Shown in pieces: positions 47,687 through 58,445 of a stretch of DNA of 64,000 bases; position 1 is the first letter of the stretch, and each line of letters opens with the position of its first letter. The notes beneath the pieces were generated by a model, which was not told the origin of the DNA, did not search any database, and saw nothing but the letters and a program-made list of their open reading frames with translations. The position numbers and the translations under genes were made by a program. The stretch is from an uncultured Alphaproteobacteria bacterium (lineage in GTDB: Bacteria > Pseudomonadota > Alphaproteobacteria > Rhizobiales > Xanthobacteraceae): contig CAWGEM010000017.1 in the NCBI GenBank assembly GCA_963821555.1, forward strand, positions 79,873 to 143,872, read 5' to 3'.

Positions 47687-48766
47687 CTAGTGGACCAACT
47701 CTAACGCTTGGTTCCCGCGTTTGACAGCGGCGAGGACGCGGTTTGGGTCTGCGGTCCAAATGAAGGGTTTGGGGTCGGAGTTGGTCTCGTCGAGGAAGCG
47801 GTTGATGGCGGTCTGCAAGTCGGCGAGCGATCGGAACACGCCTCGCTTGAGGCGTCGGCGGGTGAGTTTGGCGAAGAAGCTCTCCACTGCGTTGAGCCAA
47901 GACGCCGAGGTCGGCGTGAAGTGGAAGGTCCAGCGGGGATGACGCGCCAGCCAGCGTTGAACCTTGGGATGTTTGTGGGTTGCGTAGTTGTCGACGATGG
48001 CATGGATCGCCTTTCGTGCCGGAACCTGGGCTTCGATGGTGTTGAGGAAGCGGATGAACTCCTGGTGCCGATGGCGCTGCATGTTGCGGCCGATGACAGT
48101 GCCGTCGAGCACATTGAGGGCGGCGAACAAGGTGGTGGTGCCGTGGCGCTTGTAATCATGGGTCATCGTGCCGGAACGGCCCGGCTTCATCGGCAGACCC
48201 GGCTGGGTGCGGTCGAGCGCCTGGATTTGGCTCTTTTCGTCGACCGAGAGCACAACGGCATGGTCCGGAGGATCGACATAGAGACCGACGATATCCTTGA
48301 GCTTCTCGGCAAACGCAGGGTCGTTCGACAGTTTGAACGTCCGGATGCGATGCGGTGCCAGTTGATAGGCCTCAAGGATGCGCTGCACCGACCGCAGGCT
48401 GATTCCTGCCGCCTTGGCCAGCATCCGGCCGGTCCAGTGTGTTGCCTCGCACGGCGGCGGTGCGAGCGCCAGATCGACCACCCGCTGCACGGTCGCAGCG
48501 GGCAGCGGCGGCTTGCCAGGCTTGCGCGTCTTGTCGCGCGTCAGCCCTGCCACGCCCTCCGCCATGAAGCGCGCCTGCCAGCGCCACACCACCGGCTTCG
48601 ATTTGCCAGAGCGCCGCATGATCTCCGCGGTGCCGCAGTCATCCGCCGTGGCGAGAATGATGTTGGCGCGCCAAACATGCTTCTGCGGTGCATTGCCGTC
48701 CGCGACGATCGCCTCAAGCTGACGACGATCCGCGGCCGTGACCTTGACGACAATTCCTGCTCTCAT
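47687..48766 (-). CDS. IS630 DDE transposase
   Basis: SVDEKSQIQALDR, HDYKRHGTTTLFAAL, IVDNYATHKH, FTPTSASWLNAVE; intact 359 aa. Confidence 0.96.
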   Translation of the reverse strand: MRAGIVVKVTAADRRQLEAIVADGNAPQKHVWRANIILATADDCGTAEIMRRSGKSKPVVWRWQARFMAEGVAGLTRDKTRKPGKPPLPAATVQRVVDLALAPPPCEATHWTGRMLAKAAGISLRSVQRILEAYQLAPHRIRTFKLSNDPAFAEKLKDIVGLYVDPPDHAVVLSVDEKSQIQALDRTQPGLPMKPGRSGTMTHDYKRHGTTTLFAALNVLDGTVIGRNMQRHRHQEFIRFLNTIEAQVPARKAIHAIVDNYATHKHPKVQRWLARHPRWTFHFTPTSASWLNAVESFFAKLTRRRLKRGVFRSLADLQTAINRFLDETNSDPKPFIWTADPNRVLAAVKRGNQALELVH

Positions 48767-48826
48767 GCCGAGAGCTTGAACTGCTTCGGCCGATTTGGGA
48801 ATCGACCGAATAAATCACACCACTAG
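47687..48826 (-). mobile_element. IS630-family insertion sequence with CTAG at both ends (TA target)
   Basis: Left end CTAGTGG at 47687, right end CCACTAG at 48826; single transposase inside. Confidence 0.9.
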
Positions 48827-49587
48827 CAGGTCGCCTTGCCGCAGCGGGCCGTGTTGACCTTTTCCTTCAGGGCCTCAAGGCCGACCGCGCCAACGACCAC
48901 ATCGCCGCCGATAACATAGCTTGGCGTGCCGTTGAGGTTGAGCTTCTCGGCGAGTTTGAGGCTCTCTTCGATGCTCAGGCGCGCCTCTTCGCTGACCATG
49001 TCGCGTTCCAGCCGCGCCACATCGAGCCCGACCTCCTTGCCGACGGCGAGCGCGCGCGCCTTGTCGACCTGGCCGCGCCCGGCCAGAAGCTTCTGGTGAA
49101 AGTCGAGGTACTTCTTGCCGCTCTTGTCCTGCATGCGGACCGCCACCGCGACGCGGGCCGCTTCCATTGAGCCCGGGCCCAGCACCGGGAATTCCTTCAG
49201 TACGACCTTGAGCTTGGGATCTTGCTTCATCAGGTCGAACATGTCGGTCATAGCGCGCTTGCAGTAGCCGCAGTTGTAGTCGAAGAACTCCACAAACGTC
49301 ACATCGCCCTGCGGGTTGCCGACGACCACGTGGCGGCTCGAGTTGAACAGCGCATCGGCGTTCTCCTGAATAGCCACCTTGTTCTTTTCGGCATCCGCTG
49401 CGGCCTGCTTCTTCTCGAGCTCCGCAATCGCCTCCTGCAGCACCTCCGGATGCTTGAGCAGGTATTCGCGCACGATGCGTTCGATCTCGCCGCGCTGCGC
49501 ATCCGAGATGCTCTGGGCGTGCCCCTGGATGCCGCCCGCGGCAAGCATCAGCACGGCGACGGCGATCAGGCGCAGGGGATTGGGCAT
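48823..49587 (-). CDS. DsbA family protein (Com1/ScsC-like)
   Basis: EFFDYNCGYCK, KEFPVL, GTPSY; signal peptide. Confidence 0.92.
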   Translation of the reverse strand: MPNPLRLIAVAVLMLAAGGIQGHAQSISDAQRGEIERIVREYLLKHPEVLQEAIAELEKKQAAADAEKNKVAIQENADALFNSSRHVVVGNPQGDVTFVEFFDYNCGYCKRAMTDMFDLMKQDPKLKVVLKEFPVLGPGSMEAARVAVAVRMQDKSGKKYLDFHQKLLAGRGQVDKARALAVGKEVGLDVARLERDMVSEEARLSIEESLKLAEKLNLNGTPSYVIGGDVVVGAVGLEALKEKVNTARCGKATC

Positions 49588-49610
49588 GGATTGAGGTCCT
49601 CGGTTGGGCG

Positions 49611-51003
49611 TCAGTTGCGGGCGTTCGGCGGCTTGAAGCTCACGATGTCGTCGGCCTTGACCCAGCCCGGGGAACCGACGGTGAAGCGGGTCTTGGCGCG
49701 GGCGGCGAGTTCGCGCGCGGTCTTGAGATCGCCGCGGTTGAAAGCGGCCTGCGCGGAGGCGAGATCGGCCTGGGCAAGGTCGCCCTTGCGGCCGTACGCC
49801 ATGGCGAGCTGCGTGTAGCCATCCGACATTTCCGGCTCACGGGCGAGCGCCGAGCGCAGCAGCGCCACCGCCTCCTCGGCGTGCTTGAAATCGTTGGTGG
49901 CGTTGAGCGCCTGCGCCAGCAACACTTGGATCAGTCCGGGATGCGGAGCGAGCTGGACCGCGCGTCGCAGCGGCCCAATTGCCTCGGCGGGCTTGCCGCC
50001 CTCCAGCAGCGCCTGACCCTTGAGCTCATGGAAATAGGCATTGTACGGCTGCACCTGAATAAGCGCGTCGATCTGGGTAATCGCGGCACGCAGGTCGGAG
50101 TGCCGGTAGGTCGCGATCGCCCGCGCGTAGCGCGCCGGCAGGCTCGTGTCGCTCGCCGGGTAGCGGCGCGCCACGGTCGCGCCGCGATCGAGGAAGCCGG
50201 ACAGCTTGGCGCGCATCAGGTCGTGCCGACTCTGCAACTCGGGCGAATCGGTCTTGCTCCAGCTGCTCGCATTCTTGGCCAGCACTTCGAGCGCGGCGAC
50301 GCGCTCCGAAGGCATCGGATGAGACTGCAGGTAGGGGTCGGCCTTGTGCGCGGCGAACAGGTTCTGGTTGGCCAGCCGCTTGAACGTATCGTACATGCCC
50401 TTGGCCGACTGGCCGGAGGCGGCGAGGAACTTCACGCCGGCGCGGTCGGCCTGTTCCTCCTGCGATCGCTGGTAGGACAGCAGCGAGCGGCGGATCGCCT
50501 CCTGTGGTCCGAGGATCGCGGCTGAGGCGTCCTGCGGGCCTGATCGCGAGGCTGCCACCATGGCGCCGAGGCCCGAGCAGCATTGCGATGATCGACTGGG
50601 TCTGAGCCATGGCGAGCTGCTGGCGCAGCCGCGACAGATGCCCGCCGGCGATGTGGCCGGCCTCGTGAGCCAGCACGCCGATCACCTGGTTCGGGTTGTC
50701 CGCGTCGATCAGTGCACCGGCGTTGATGAAAATCCGCCGGCCGTCCATCACGAAGGCGTTGAAGCTGCGGTCGTTGATGATGACGACCTGGATGTTCTGT
50801 TGAGAGAGCCCGGCGGCGCGCAAGACCGGCTGCGTGTAGTCGCGCAGCAGTTGTTCGATCTCGGCATCGCGGATCATTGGAATGCGGCCCTGCGCGTGCG
50901 CAGGCGCGCTCGCCGCGACCACCGCTGCGGCCGTCAGCATCGCCACCGTGCGCGCCGCTGGCGTCCGCTGCCGCGCCCTGATAGGTCTTTCGTCCTCGTT
51001 CAT
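49611..51003 (-). CDS. M48 family metalloprotease with TPR (BepA/YfgC-like), frameshift near 50570
   Basis: IRDAEIE, FNAFV, VLAHEAGH, EEQAD, SHP. Confidence 0.9.
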
Positions 51004-51041
51004 GACCGCTAGAATTCGCGAGTTCGTGCCCAGTCGCCAGG

Positions 51042-51200
51042 GTCGTGGGCCGATTTGGAAGCTCCGCCGGAGTTGCGAATTCGCCAGGCGGCTTCTAAAC
51101 CAAAAACCACACGAGAATCTGAGAGTTGCTGCTGTTCCTTCAAATCCAGAATTCGCCGGTGTCCCCTCGAAGATGGGCGAACCGTGGACTAGGACACTAG
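51042..51200. repeat. Degenerate copy D of the CTAG double-hairpin element
   Basis: Ends GGACACTAG at 51200; the reverse complement aligns loosely with both hairpins of copy A; central GAATC at 51115. Confidence 0.55.
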
Positions 51201-51329
51201 TGAGGCACCTGAAACCGGTCAACGCGGGGCCGATCACGTCTGCTTGCTCGTTGTTGCAGGCAAACTTCGGAATGCGGCGGCAACGCGGCAGGGCCTCGAC
51301 CACCGCCGACGCGCTGCGGGTGTGCCATC

Positions 51330-52510
51330 ATGCTTGATGCGGCGAGGCGGCTGATGGCGCCCTCGGCGCGCAGCGACGTGCCCCCGTTCATGGTGATGGA
51401 CGTGATGGCGGCCGCCGCCCGGATCGAGGCTGCCGGGCGGCCGTGTGGTCCACATGGAGGTCGGACAGCCGGCGGCGCCGGCCCCGCAGACCGCCATCGC
51501 GGCGGCCCGCGCGGCGCTGGGCTCGGGGCCGCTCGGGTATACCGAAACGCTTGGCATCGCGACGCTGCGCGCGCGCATCGCCCGCTTCTATGGCGAACGC
51601 TACGGGGTTGCGGTTGCACCCGAGCGTGTCGTCGTTACCACCGGCTCCTCGGCAGGCTTCATCCTCGCCTTCCTCGCGATGTTCGACCCAGGCGACCGCG
51701 TGGCGATCACGACCCCCGGCTATCCGCCTTACCGACACATCCTGCGCGCGCTCGGGTGCGAGCCGGTGCTGATCGAGACCACGGCTGCGACGCGGCATGC
51801 GCTCACCGGCGACATGCTGCGCGCGGCGCATGCGCGCGCCCCGCTCGCCGGCGTGTTGGTGGCGAGCCCGGCCAACCCGACCGGCACCATGATGACGCCG
51901 GCGGCGCTCGCCGAGCTGATCGGCGTAGCCGAAAGCCAAGGCATCCGCGTGATCTCGGACGAAATCTACCACGGCCTCGACTACGCGTTGGCGGCCGAGA
52001 CCGCGGTGCGGATTTCCGACCGCTGCGTCGTCATCAACTCGTTCTCGAAGTACTTCTGCATGACCGGATGGCGGGTCGGCTGGATGGTGCTGCCCGAGCC
52101 GCTGGTGCGGCCGGTCGAGCGTCTGCAAGGCAATCTTGCCATCTCGGTGCCGACGCTGTCGCAGATCGCTGCGCGAAGCGGCGTTCGACGGCATCGCCGA
52201 GATGGAGGCGGTCAAGCACGGCTATGAGGAGAACCGCCGCATCCTGATCGATGGTCTGCCGGCGGCCGGGCTCGACCGTTTCCTGCCGGTCGACGGCGCG
52301 TTCTATCTCTATGCGGACGTCTCGCGCTTTTCGAACGACAGTTTCGACTTCGCCAAGCGGCTGCTGCAGGAGGCGCACGTGGCGGCCACGCCGGGTGTCG
52401 ACTTCGATCCGGTCAACGGCCAGCACTTCGTGCGCTTCTGCTACGCCGGTTCGGCCACCGACATGCACGAGGCGGTGGCGCGGATCGGCGGCTGGCTGCG
52501 GACGCAATAG
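51330..52510 (+). CDS. PLP-dependent class I/II aminotransferase, two frameshifts
   Basis: HMEVGQP, SPANPTG, SDEIYHG, NSFSKYFCMTGWRVGW, TPGVDF. Confidence 0.9.
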
Positions 52511-52512
52511 CG

Positions 52513-52920
52513 ATGGTCAGGCGGCGGCCCTCGCTGGGCTTCTTCGGCATCTTCGGGCGGGCGCCCGAGCTGCGCCAGCTCGACCAATGCTTTCGCGCGG
52601 TTGACGTGCATCCGCGGCTCGTCCCGGAGGCGGTCAAGCTCACGATCATCAGCTTGCTGCAGGACCACGCCGTCGGTGGCGCGCCGACGCCGCAGGCTTA
52701 TCGGGAGGCGGCCGAGATTGTCGGGTATTGCATCATGGGGCCGGCCGCGTTCGCCGCGATCGATGCGCCGGAGCTTGCGGCCGACGTTGAGCGGCGGATC
52801 GAGCGCGCGCTGGAATTCCATTCCACGATCGACGCCAAGCTCGTGCTGCTGACGCTGCACGCCGGCGTGATCCAGCCGAGTGTGGTCGAGCACTTTGGGT
52901 TGGAGAGCGTCGCCGAATAG
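52513..52920 (+). CDS. Conserved hypothetical protein
   Basis: FGRAPELRQLD...HPRLVPEAVKLT; 2 bp after the aminotransferase stop. Confidence 0.65.
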   Translation: MVRRRPSLGFFGIFGRAPELRQLDQCFRAVDVHPRLVPEAVKLTIISLLQDHAVGGAPTPQAYREAAEIVGYCIMGPAAFAAIDAPELAADVERRIERALEFHSTIDAKLVLLTLHAGVIQPSVVEHFGLESVAE

Positions 52921-53073
52921 CGCGGAAGGCTTGGAGGGAAACGCGTGGGTGTGCTGTGATCGGGTCGAAGCGCCGATTTCGGCCGCCGTCGTCTCCGTTC
53001 TATTATCCTGACATCGAACGCGTTCAAAATGAGCCAGTCCGCGACGAACAAGCGCTGGCCGGGAGGAAGGTCA

Positions 53074-54048
53074 ATGCACTGCAAGGGCCGTTGGTTTGCG
53101 CTGGTCGCCGCCTCGGTGTGCTGGCTGTTTCCGGCCGGGGCGTCGGCCGACTTCCCCGACAAGCCGATCCGCCTGATCGTGCCGCAGGCACCGGGCAGCG
53201 CGACCGATACCGTGGCGCGGATCCTCGCCGCCGAACTCGGCCCGCAACTTGGCCAGCAGGTCATTGTCGAGAACCGGCCGGGTGCGGCCTTCACCATCGG
53301 GCTCGACCTCGTCGCGAAGGCGGCGCCGGACGGCTACACGCTTGGGCTCGGGCCGATCGGCGCGCTGTCGATCAGCCCGAATATGGTGGCGAGGCTGCCG
53401 TACAGCATCGAGCTCGATTTCCAGCCGATCGCGCTGGTCGCGCGCGGGCATCTGCTGCTTGCGGTATCGCCGACCTCCGACTTCCGTTCGGTCAAGGACC
53501 TGATCGCCGAAGCCAAGAAAAATCCCGGAAAGCTCAGCAATGCCTCGTCCGCGAGCGGCTCGCCCGGCCATGTCGGGGGCGAGTTGTTCAAGTATCTGGC
53601 CGGCATCGAAGCCGTGCACGTTCCCTATCGGGGCGGTGCCGCAGCCACCACCGACCTGATCGCAGGCCGCGTGCAGTTCATGTTCGAAAGCCTCAACTCG
53701 ATCTCGCCGCATGCCAAATCGGGGGCGGCGCGCGCGCTCGCCGTCAGCGGCGATCGGCGCTCGCCGGCGTTTCCCGAACTGCCGACCGTCGCCGAAGCCG
53801 GCGTGCCAGGCTACAGCGCGCCGACCTGGAGCGGCGTGATAGCGCCTGCAGGCCTGCCGCAGCCGTTGGTCGAGAAAATCAACGGGGCCGTGAACCGGGC
53901 GATCCAGTCGCAGGCCTTCCGGGACCGTTTCGGATCGATCGGCGACGAGCCGGCCGGCGGTACTCCGCAGGAGTTCGGCGACACGATCAGGCGCGACCTC
54001 GCCAAATGGCGTCACGTGGTCGAGCGCTCGGGCGCGAAGCTGGAATGA
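53074..54048 (+). CDS. Bug/TctC substrate-binding protein
   Basis: FPDKPIRLIVPQAPGS, VENRPGA, HVPYRG, PTVAEAG. Confidence 0.9.
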   Translation: MHCKGRWFALVAASVCWLFPAGASADFPDKPIRLIVPQAPGSATDTVARILAAELGPQLGQQVIVENRPGAAFTIGLDLVAKAAPDGYTLGLGPIGALSISPNMVARLPYSIELDFQPIALVARGHLLLAVSPTSDFRSVKDLIAEAKKNPGKLSNASSASGSPGHVGGELFKYLAGIEAVHVPYRGGAAATTDLIAGRVQFMFESLNSISPHAKSGAARALAVSGDRRSPAFPELPTVAEAGVPGYSAPTWSGVIAPAGLPQPLVEKINGAVNRAIQSQAFRDRFGSIGDEPAGGTPQEFGDTIRRDLAKWRHVVERSGAKLE

Positions 54049-54072
54049 TCGGCCGCTTGCCCGCCGCCCGCC

Positions 54073-54729
54073 CTAGAACTCGACGTCGAGTTCTTCGAGT
54101 TCTTCGGGCTCGGATTTGGCGGCCACGATCCATTCCTGCATGAACGGCATTGCGAGGATGGTCTTGCAATAGGCCGCTTCGACATCGCCGAGCTTGACAT
54201 CGTAGGTGTGGAAGCGCGAGCAGACCGGCGCGAACATGGCGTCCGCCATGCAAGGCTCGGCGCCGAACAGGTAAGGTCCGCCGTGCTCGGCCAGGCATTC
54301 GCGCCAGATCGTCGTGACCCGGTCGATGTCGGCCTGTGCGCCGTGCCAGAGCTTGAACCCCGGATAGCGCGCCTTGACGTTCATCGGCAACGCCGAGCGC
54401 AGATTGCTGAAGCCGGAGTGCATTTCACCGCAGACCGAGCGGCAACGCGCACGCGCCGCCCGCTCGGTCGGGATCAGCCCCGATTTGGGCTTTAGCTCGC
54501 TCAAGTATTCGGCGATCGCGAGCGTGTCCCAGACCTTGACGCCGTCGTGCGTGAGACAGGGCACCAGGAACGAGGGCGACAGCAGCAGCAGTTCCGCGCG
54601 CGTCGAGGGGTCGTCGCTCGGCACCGCAGACTCCTCGAAGTCGATGCCGGACATCTTGCAGAGCAGCCAGCCGCGCAGCGACCAGGACCCGTAGTTCTTA
54701 CTGGCAATGGCCAGTTTGGCCTTGGCCAT
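54073..54729 (-). CDS. Glutathione S-transferase
   Basis: KNYGSWSLRGWL, VWDTLAIAEYL, EMHSGF, ADAMFAPV. Confidence 0.92.
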   Translation of the reverse strand: MAKAKLAIASKNYGSWSLRGWLLCKMSGIDFEESAVPSDDPSTRAELLLLSPSFLVPCLTHDGVKVWDTLAIAEYLSELKPKSGLIPTERAARARCRSVCGEMHSGFSNLRSALPMNVKARYPGFKLWHGAQADIDRVTTIWRECLAEHGGPYLFGAEPCMADAMFAPVCSRFHTYDVKLGDVEAAYCKTILAMPFMQEWIVAAKSEPEELEELDVEF

Positions 54730-54783
54730 CGGTCTCTTCCCCCAAAGCGGGACCGGGCTGGTCCCAAACCGAAGAAATTATCT

Positions 54784-54795
54784 CGCAGCGCAGCA
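54784..54795 (+). promoter_or_regulatory. Possible PhaR binding site upstream of phaZ
   Basis: CGCAGCGCAGCA resembles the TGC-N3-GCA type PhaR motif, in an AT-rich divergent promoter. Confidence 0.4.
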
Positions 54796-54876
54796 TAAAA
54801 TGCACTAGGGTTTTTGCACTTTCGAGGAAGCGGGCCGGTGCCGGGCCGGACGGCGACCGACCGTGGGGGAGTGGGA

Positions 54877-56094
54877 ATGCTCTATCATGCCTATCAGGCC
54901 CATACCGATTTCATGGGCCCGGTTCGCGTTCTAGCTGGCATTGCTGCCCATGCCATCGGCCACCCGGAGGTCGGTGCCACGGGGCACGGTGCCGTGCGCA
55001 ACCTGACCGCGGCTTACGAATTGATCGCGCGCGCCGGCCTGACGCATAAGCGCCCGCCGTTCGGCATCGACCGCGTGATGGTCGGCAACCGCGAGGTCGG
55101 AGTGCAGGAGGAGCGAGCGCACGTCACGCCGTTCGGCACACTCCTGCGCTTCAAAAAGGACATCGACACCGAGCAGCCGCGGGTGCTGCTGGTTGCCCCG
55201 CTCTCCGGCCATTTCGCCACGCTCCTGCGCGGCACCGTGCGGACCATGCTGCCGGAGCACGACGTGTACATCACCGACTGGCACAACGTTCGCGACGTGG
55301 ATCGCAAGCACGGCCGCTTCGGGTTCGACGACTACGTCGAGCACCTGATCCAGTTCCTTGAGGTGATGGGGGAGGGCGCCCATGTGATCGCGGTATGCCA
55401 GCCCTGCGTCGCTGTCCTGGTCGCTGCGGCGGTGATGGCGCAGGGCGACCACCCGGCTCAGCCGCGCAGCATGACGCTGATGGCCGGGCCGATCGATACG
55501 CGCGTGAACCCGACCCGGGTCAACATGCTCGCCAATTCGAAGACGATCGAATGGTTCGAGCGCAACCTGATCGCGCGCGTTCCGTTCCGTTACGATGGCG
55601 CGTTCCGGCGGGTCTATCCCGGCTTTGTGCAGCTTGCTGCCTTCATGAGCATGAACATCGATCGGCACGTGAAAGCCCACCGCGACCTCTATGACAATCT
55701 CAGCCGGGGCGAGATCGAGAAGGCCAAGCTCACCAAAGATTTCTACGACGAATATTTCGCCGTGCTCGATCTCTCCGCCGAGTTCTATCTGGAGACGGTG
55801 CGGATCGTGTTCCAGGAGCACCTGTTGCCGACCGGCACGCTCGACTGGCGCGGTGCGCGGGTCGAGCCGCAGGCGATCCGGCGCACCATGCTGCTGACGG
55901 TCGAGGGCGAGAAGGACGACATCTGCGCGGTCGGCCAGACTGTCGCCGCGCACGACCTGTGCAGCGGCCTGCGCCCGTATCGCAAGCGCCATCACATGCA
56001 GGCCGGCGTCGGCCACTACGGCGTGTTCAGCGGCAAGCGCTGGGAGAGCCAGATCTACCCGCTGGTGAAGAACGTCATCCTGGCGAGCGAATAG
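54877..56094 (+). CDS. phaZ: Intracellular polyhydroxybutyrate depolymerase
   Basis: VAPLSGHFATLLR, VYITDW, AVCQP, YPGFVQL, EGEKDDI, GHYGVF. Confidence 0.94.
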   Translation: MLYHAYQAHTDFMGPVRVLAGIAAHAIGHPEVGATGHGAVRNLTAAYELIARAGLTHKRPPFGIDRVMVGNREVGVQEERAHVTPFGTLLRFKKDIDTEQPRVLLVAPLSGHFATLLRGTVRTMLPEHDVYITDWHNVRDVDRKHGRFGFDDYVEHLIQFLEVMGEGAHVIAVCQPCVAVLVAAAVMAQGDHPAQPRSMTLMAGPIDTRVNPTRVNMLANSKTIEWFERNLIARVPFRYDGAFRRVYPGFVQLAAFMSMNIDRHVKAHRDLYDNLSRGEIEKAKLTKDFYDEYFAVLDLSAEFYLETVRIVFQEHLLPTGTLDWRGARVEPQAIRRTMLLTVEGEKDDICAVGQTVAAHDLCSGLRPYRKRHHMQAGVGHYGVFSGKRWESQIYPLVKNVILASE

Positions 56095-56160
56095 GAGCTC
56101 CGCCGCGCGCGACTTCAACTCCGGGTCCCGACGCACCATATAGGGCGCCGGAGTATCCCC

Positions 56161-57191
56161 ATGTTCGACTTCACAGAATCAAATCCCGACCTGCACGAGC
56201 CGGCCGCGGCCGGTACGCCGCTCGCCGCGCGGCAGGACGACAGCCATCTGCTCGACGCCTATTCCGACGCCGTGGTCGCGGTGGTCGACCGGGTGGGCCC
56301 GGCGGTGGTGCGCGTCGTGCGCGCCGCCGGCAACGGCTCGCACGGCGGCATCGGCTCGGGCGTCCTGATCTCGCCGGACGGCCTCGTGCTGACCAACAGC
56401 CACGTGGTTGACGGCGCGCGCGACCTGCGGCTCACCGACCAGGAGGGCCGCAGCATGGAGGCGCGCCTGCTCGGCGAGGACCCCGACACGGACCTCGCGC
56501 TGCTGCGCGCTGGCGCCGCCCGCAATCTGCCGGCCGCCGCGCTCGGCGATTCAAAGACGGTGCGACGCGGTCAGCTTGCGGTCGCCATCGGCAATCCGCT
56601 GGGGTTCGAGTCGACCGTCACCGCCGGTGTCATCTCGGCGCTCGGCCGCTCGCTGCGGGCGCGCACCGGACGGCTGATCGAGGACGTGATCCAAACCGAT
56701 GCGGCCCTCAACCCGGGCAATTCCGGCGGTCCGCTGGTGTCCTCGCGCGGCGAGGTGATCGGCATCAACACCGCAGTGATCGCGGGCGCGCAGGGCATCT
56801 GCTTTGCGGTCGCGAGCAACACCGCGAAGTTCGTGCTGAGCGAGTTGATCATGCACGGCCGCGTTCGCCGCGCCGTGATCGGCGTCGCCGGCGCAGACCG
56901 TCGCGGTGCCGCGCCGCCACGCGCGTGCGGCCGACATCGGCAACGAATTCGGCGCCATGATCACCGGCGACAGAGCCGAACGGGCCGGCGGCAGCGGCAG
57001 GTCTCTTGTCGTTCGACATCGTTGTGCGGCTTGACGGCCAACCGGTGACCGGCGTGGATGACCTGATCCGGCTTCTGAATGCGGAGCGGATCGGGCGGCC
57101 GGTCGCGGTCGACGTGCTGCGGCGCGGTCAGTTGCGGAGCTTCGAGCTTACGCCCTTGGAGCGCCGGGCTGAGCGGGGTGACAAGGGCTAG
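56161..57191 (+). CDS. S1C/HtrA-like serine protease with PDZ domain, frameshifts near 56890-56980
   Basis: GSGV, LTNSHVV, DLALL, IQTDAALNPGNSGGPL; PDZ remainder in ORF 57006..57191. Confidence 0.88.
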
Positions 57192-57351
57192 TGCCCCGCT
57201 AAGTTCGTGACACATCGCAGCACCCTCTGACACGAACTTCGGAAGCAAAGGGGCGCTAGCAAAAGTCTATGAATCTAGTGCCGCTTTCGATTTGAAGTTC
57301 CTGAATGTGATTGCGGCAAGTGGTGCAGGAACTTCAAATCGGCGGCACTAG
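57188..57351. repeat. CTAG-bounded double-hairpin element, copy C
   Basis: Hairpins 57188-57259 and 57275-57351; inverted near-duplicate of copy B; central GAATC. Confidence 0.88.
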
Positions 57352-58348
57352 GACCGGCCGGCGAAGTCGAGGCCATCGGGCGGGATCGCCCAGCGCGTAC
57401 GCAGTTCGCGCAGCGGCACGCTCGCGTAGTCCCAGAAGTCCCAGCCCGGCGCGAAGGTGTCGACCGTGGTGGCGGCACCGCCCGCCCAGGCGTGCCAGAA
57501 CTCTTCCGGATCGAGCGCCCGCGAGGCCTTCTTCGCGACCGCATTGAGCTGGACCTGAAGGTGCCAGCTGAAAATCACCGGCAGCACGTGCCCCGCCATC
57601 GGGTAGCGCGGATGCATGGCGGCGGTGAAGGTCGACACCAGGAGCTCGCCGCGCGGCGTGGTGTCGTAGCCGCTCAGCACATGCGCGGAATCGTGCGGCA
57701 GGCTGAACGCTGCGTTCAGCGCCTTGGGATCGCCGGGGAAGGTGTAGTTGTTCTCGGTAAAGTGCTGCCAGAACGCGTGGCCGAACGTATCGGGCGTGAG
57801 CTTCTGCAGGCTCGCAAAGCGCGCCACGAGGGTAGGATCGGCGTTGCCGTTGCCGTAGGGCATCAGCCATTTGTTCACGTCGCCGCCCGTCCACGGCCGC
57901 CCCAGAATGCTTTCCATGTTGCTGCGGGTCTCATGTCGGCCAGCGCCTCCTGCAGCCGGTCGCCGGCTGCGGCGGCCACCTCGTCGAGGTAGCGCTCGTG
58001 GATGCCGAGCGCGTTGGCGTAGCGGAGCACGCTTGCGATCTTGGCCTTGTCGAGCTTGCCGTCGACGAAAGCCATGATCGTCAGGAACTTGGCGGCGTCT
58101 TCGCCGAGGCTAGAGCCCGTCAGCGCTGCGGCAAGCGCCGCGGGAGCGACCGGTGTGATCGCATCGAACGCCGGCGTATCGGTGCGGCCGAACATGTAGC
58201 GGCCGGCGCCGGCGATGGCGTGCCGATCGGCGTCGCTCGCGGGTGAGCCGGTCTCGGCGACCGCGCGCATGGCGCCGAGGATCGCCGCGACCTGCTCCGC
58301 CGTCGCGTCCCGGATCAGCGGTGGAACGTCGTTTCGCGCGCTCGCCAT
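57348..58348 (-). CDS. Hypothetical protein with TerB-like N-part and Coq4-like C-part; frameshift near 57925
   Basis: MAFVDGKLD; LTPDTFGHAFWQHF, FPG, PHDSAHVLSGYDTTPRGE. Confidence 0.6.
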
Positions 58349-58445
58349 ATGAGTCTCCCCCTTTCCGCAAAGGTCATGCGCCGCCATCGGGACGGCGCGG
58401 CGCACCCAGTCAACCGGATCGCGCTACCGGCGGGCTGGTTGCGGC

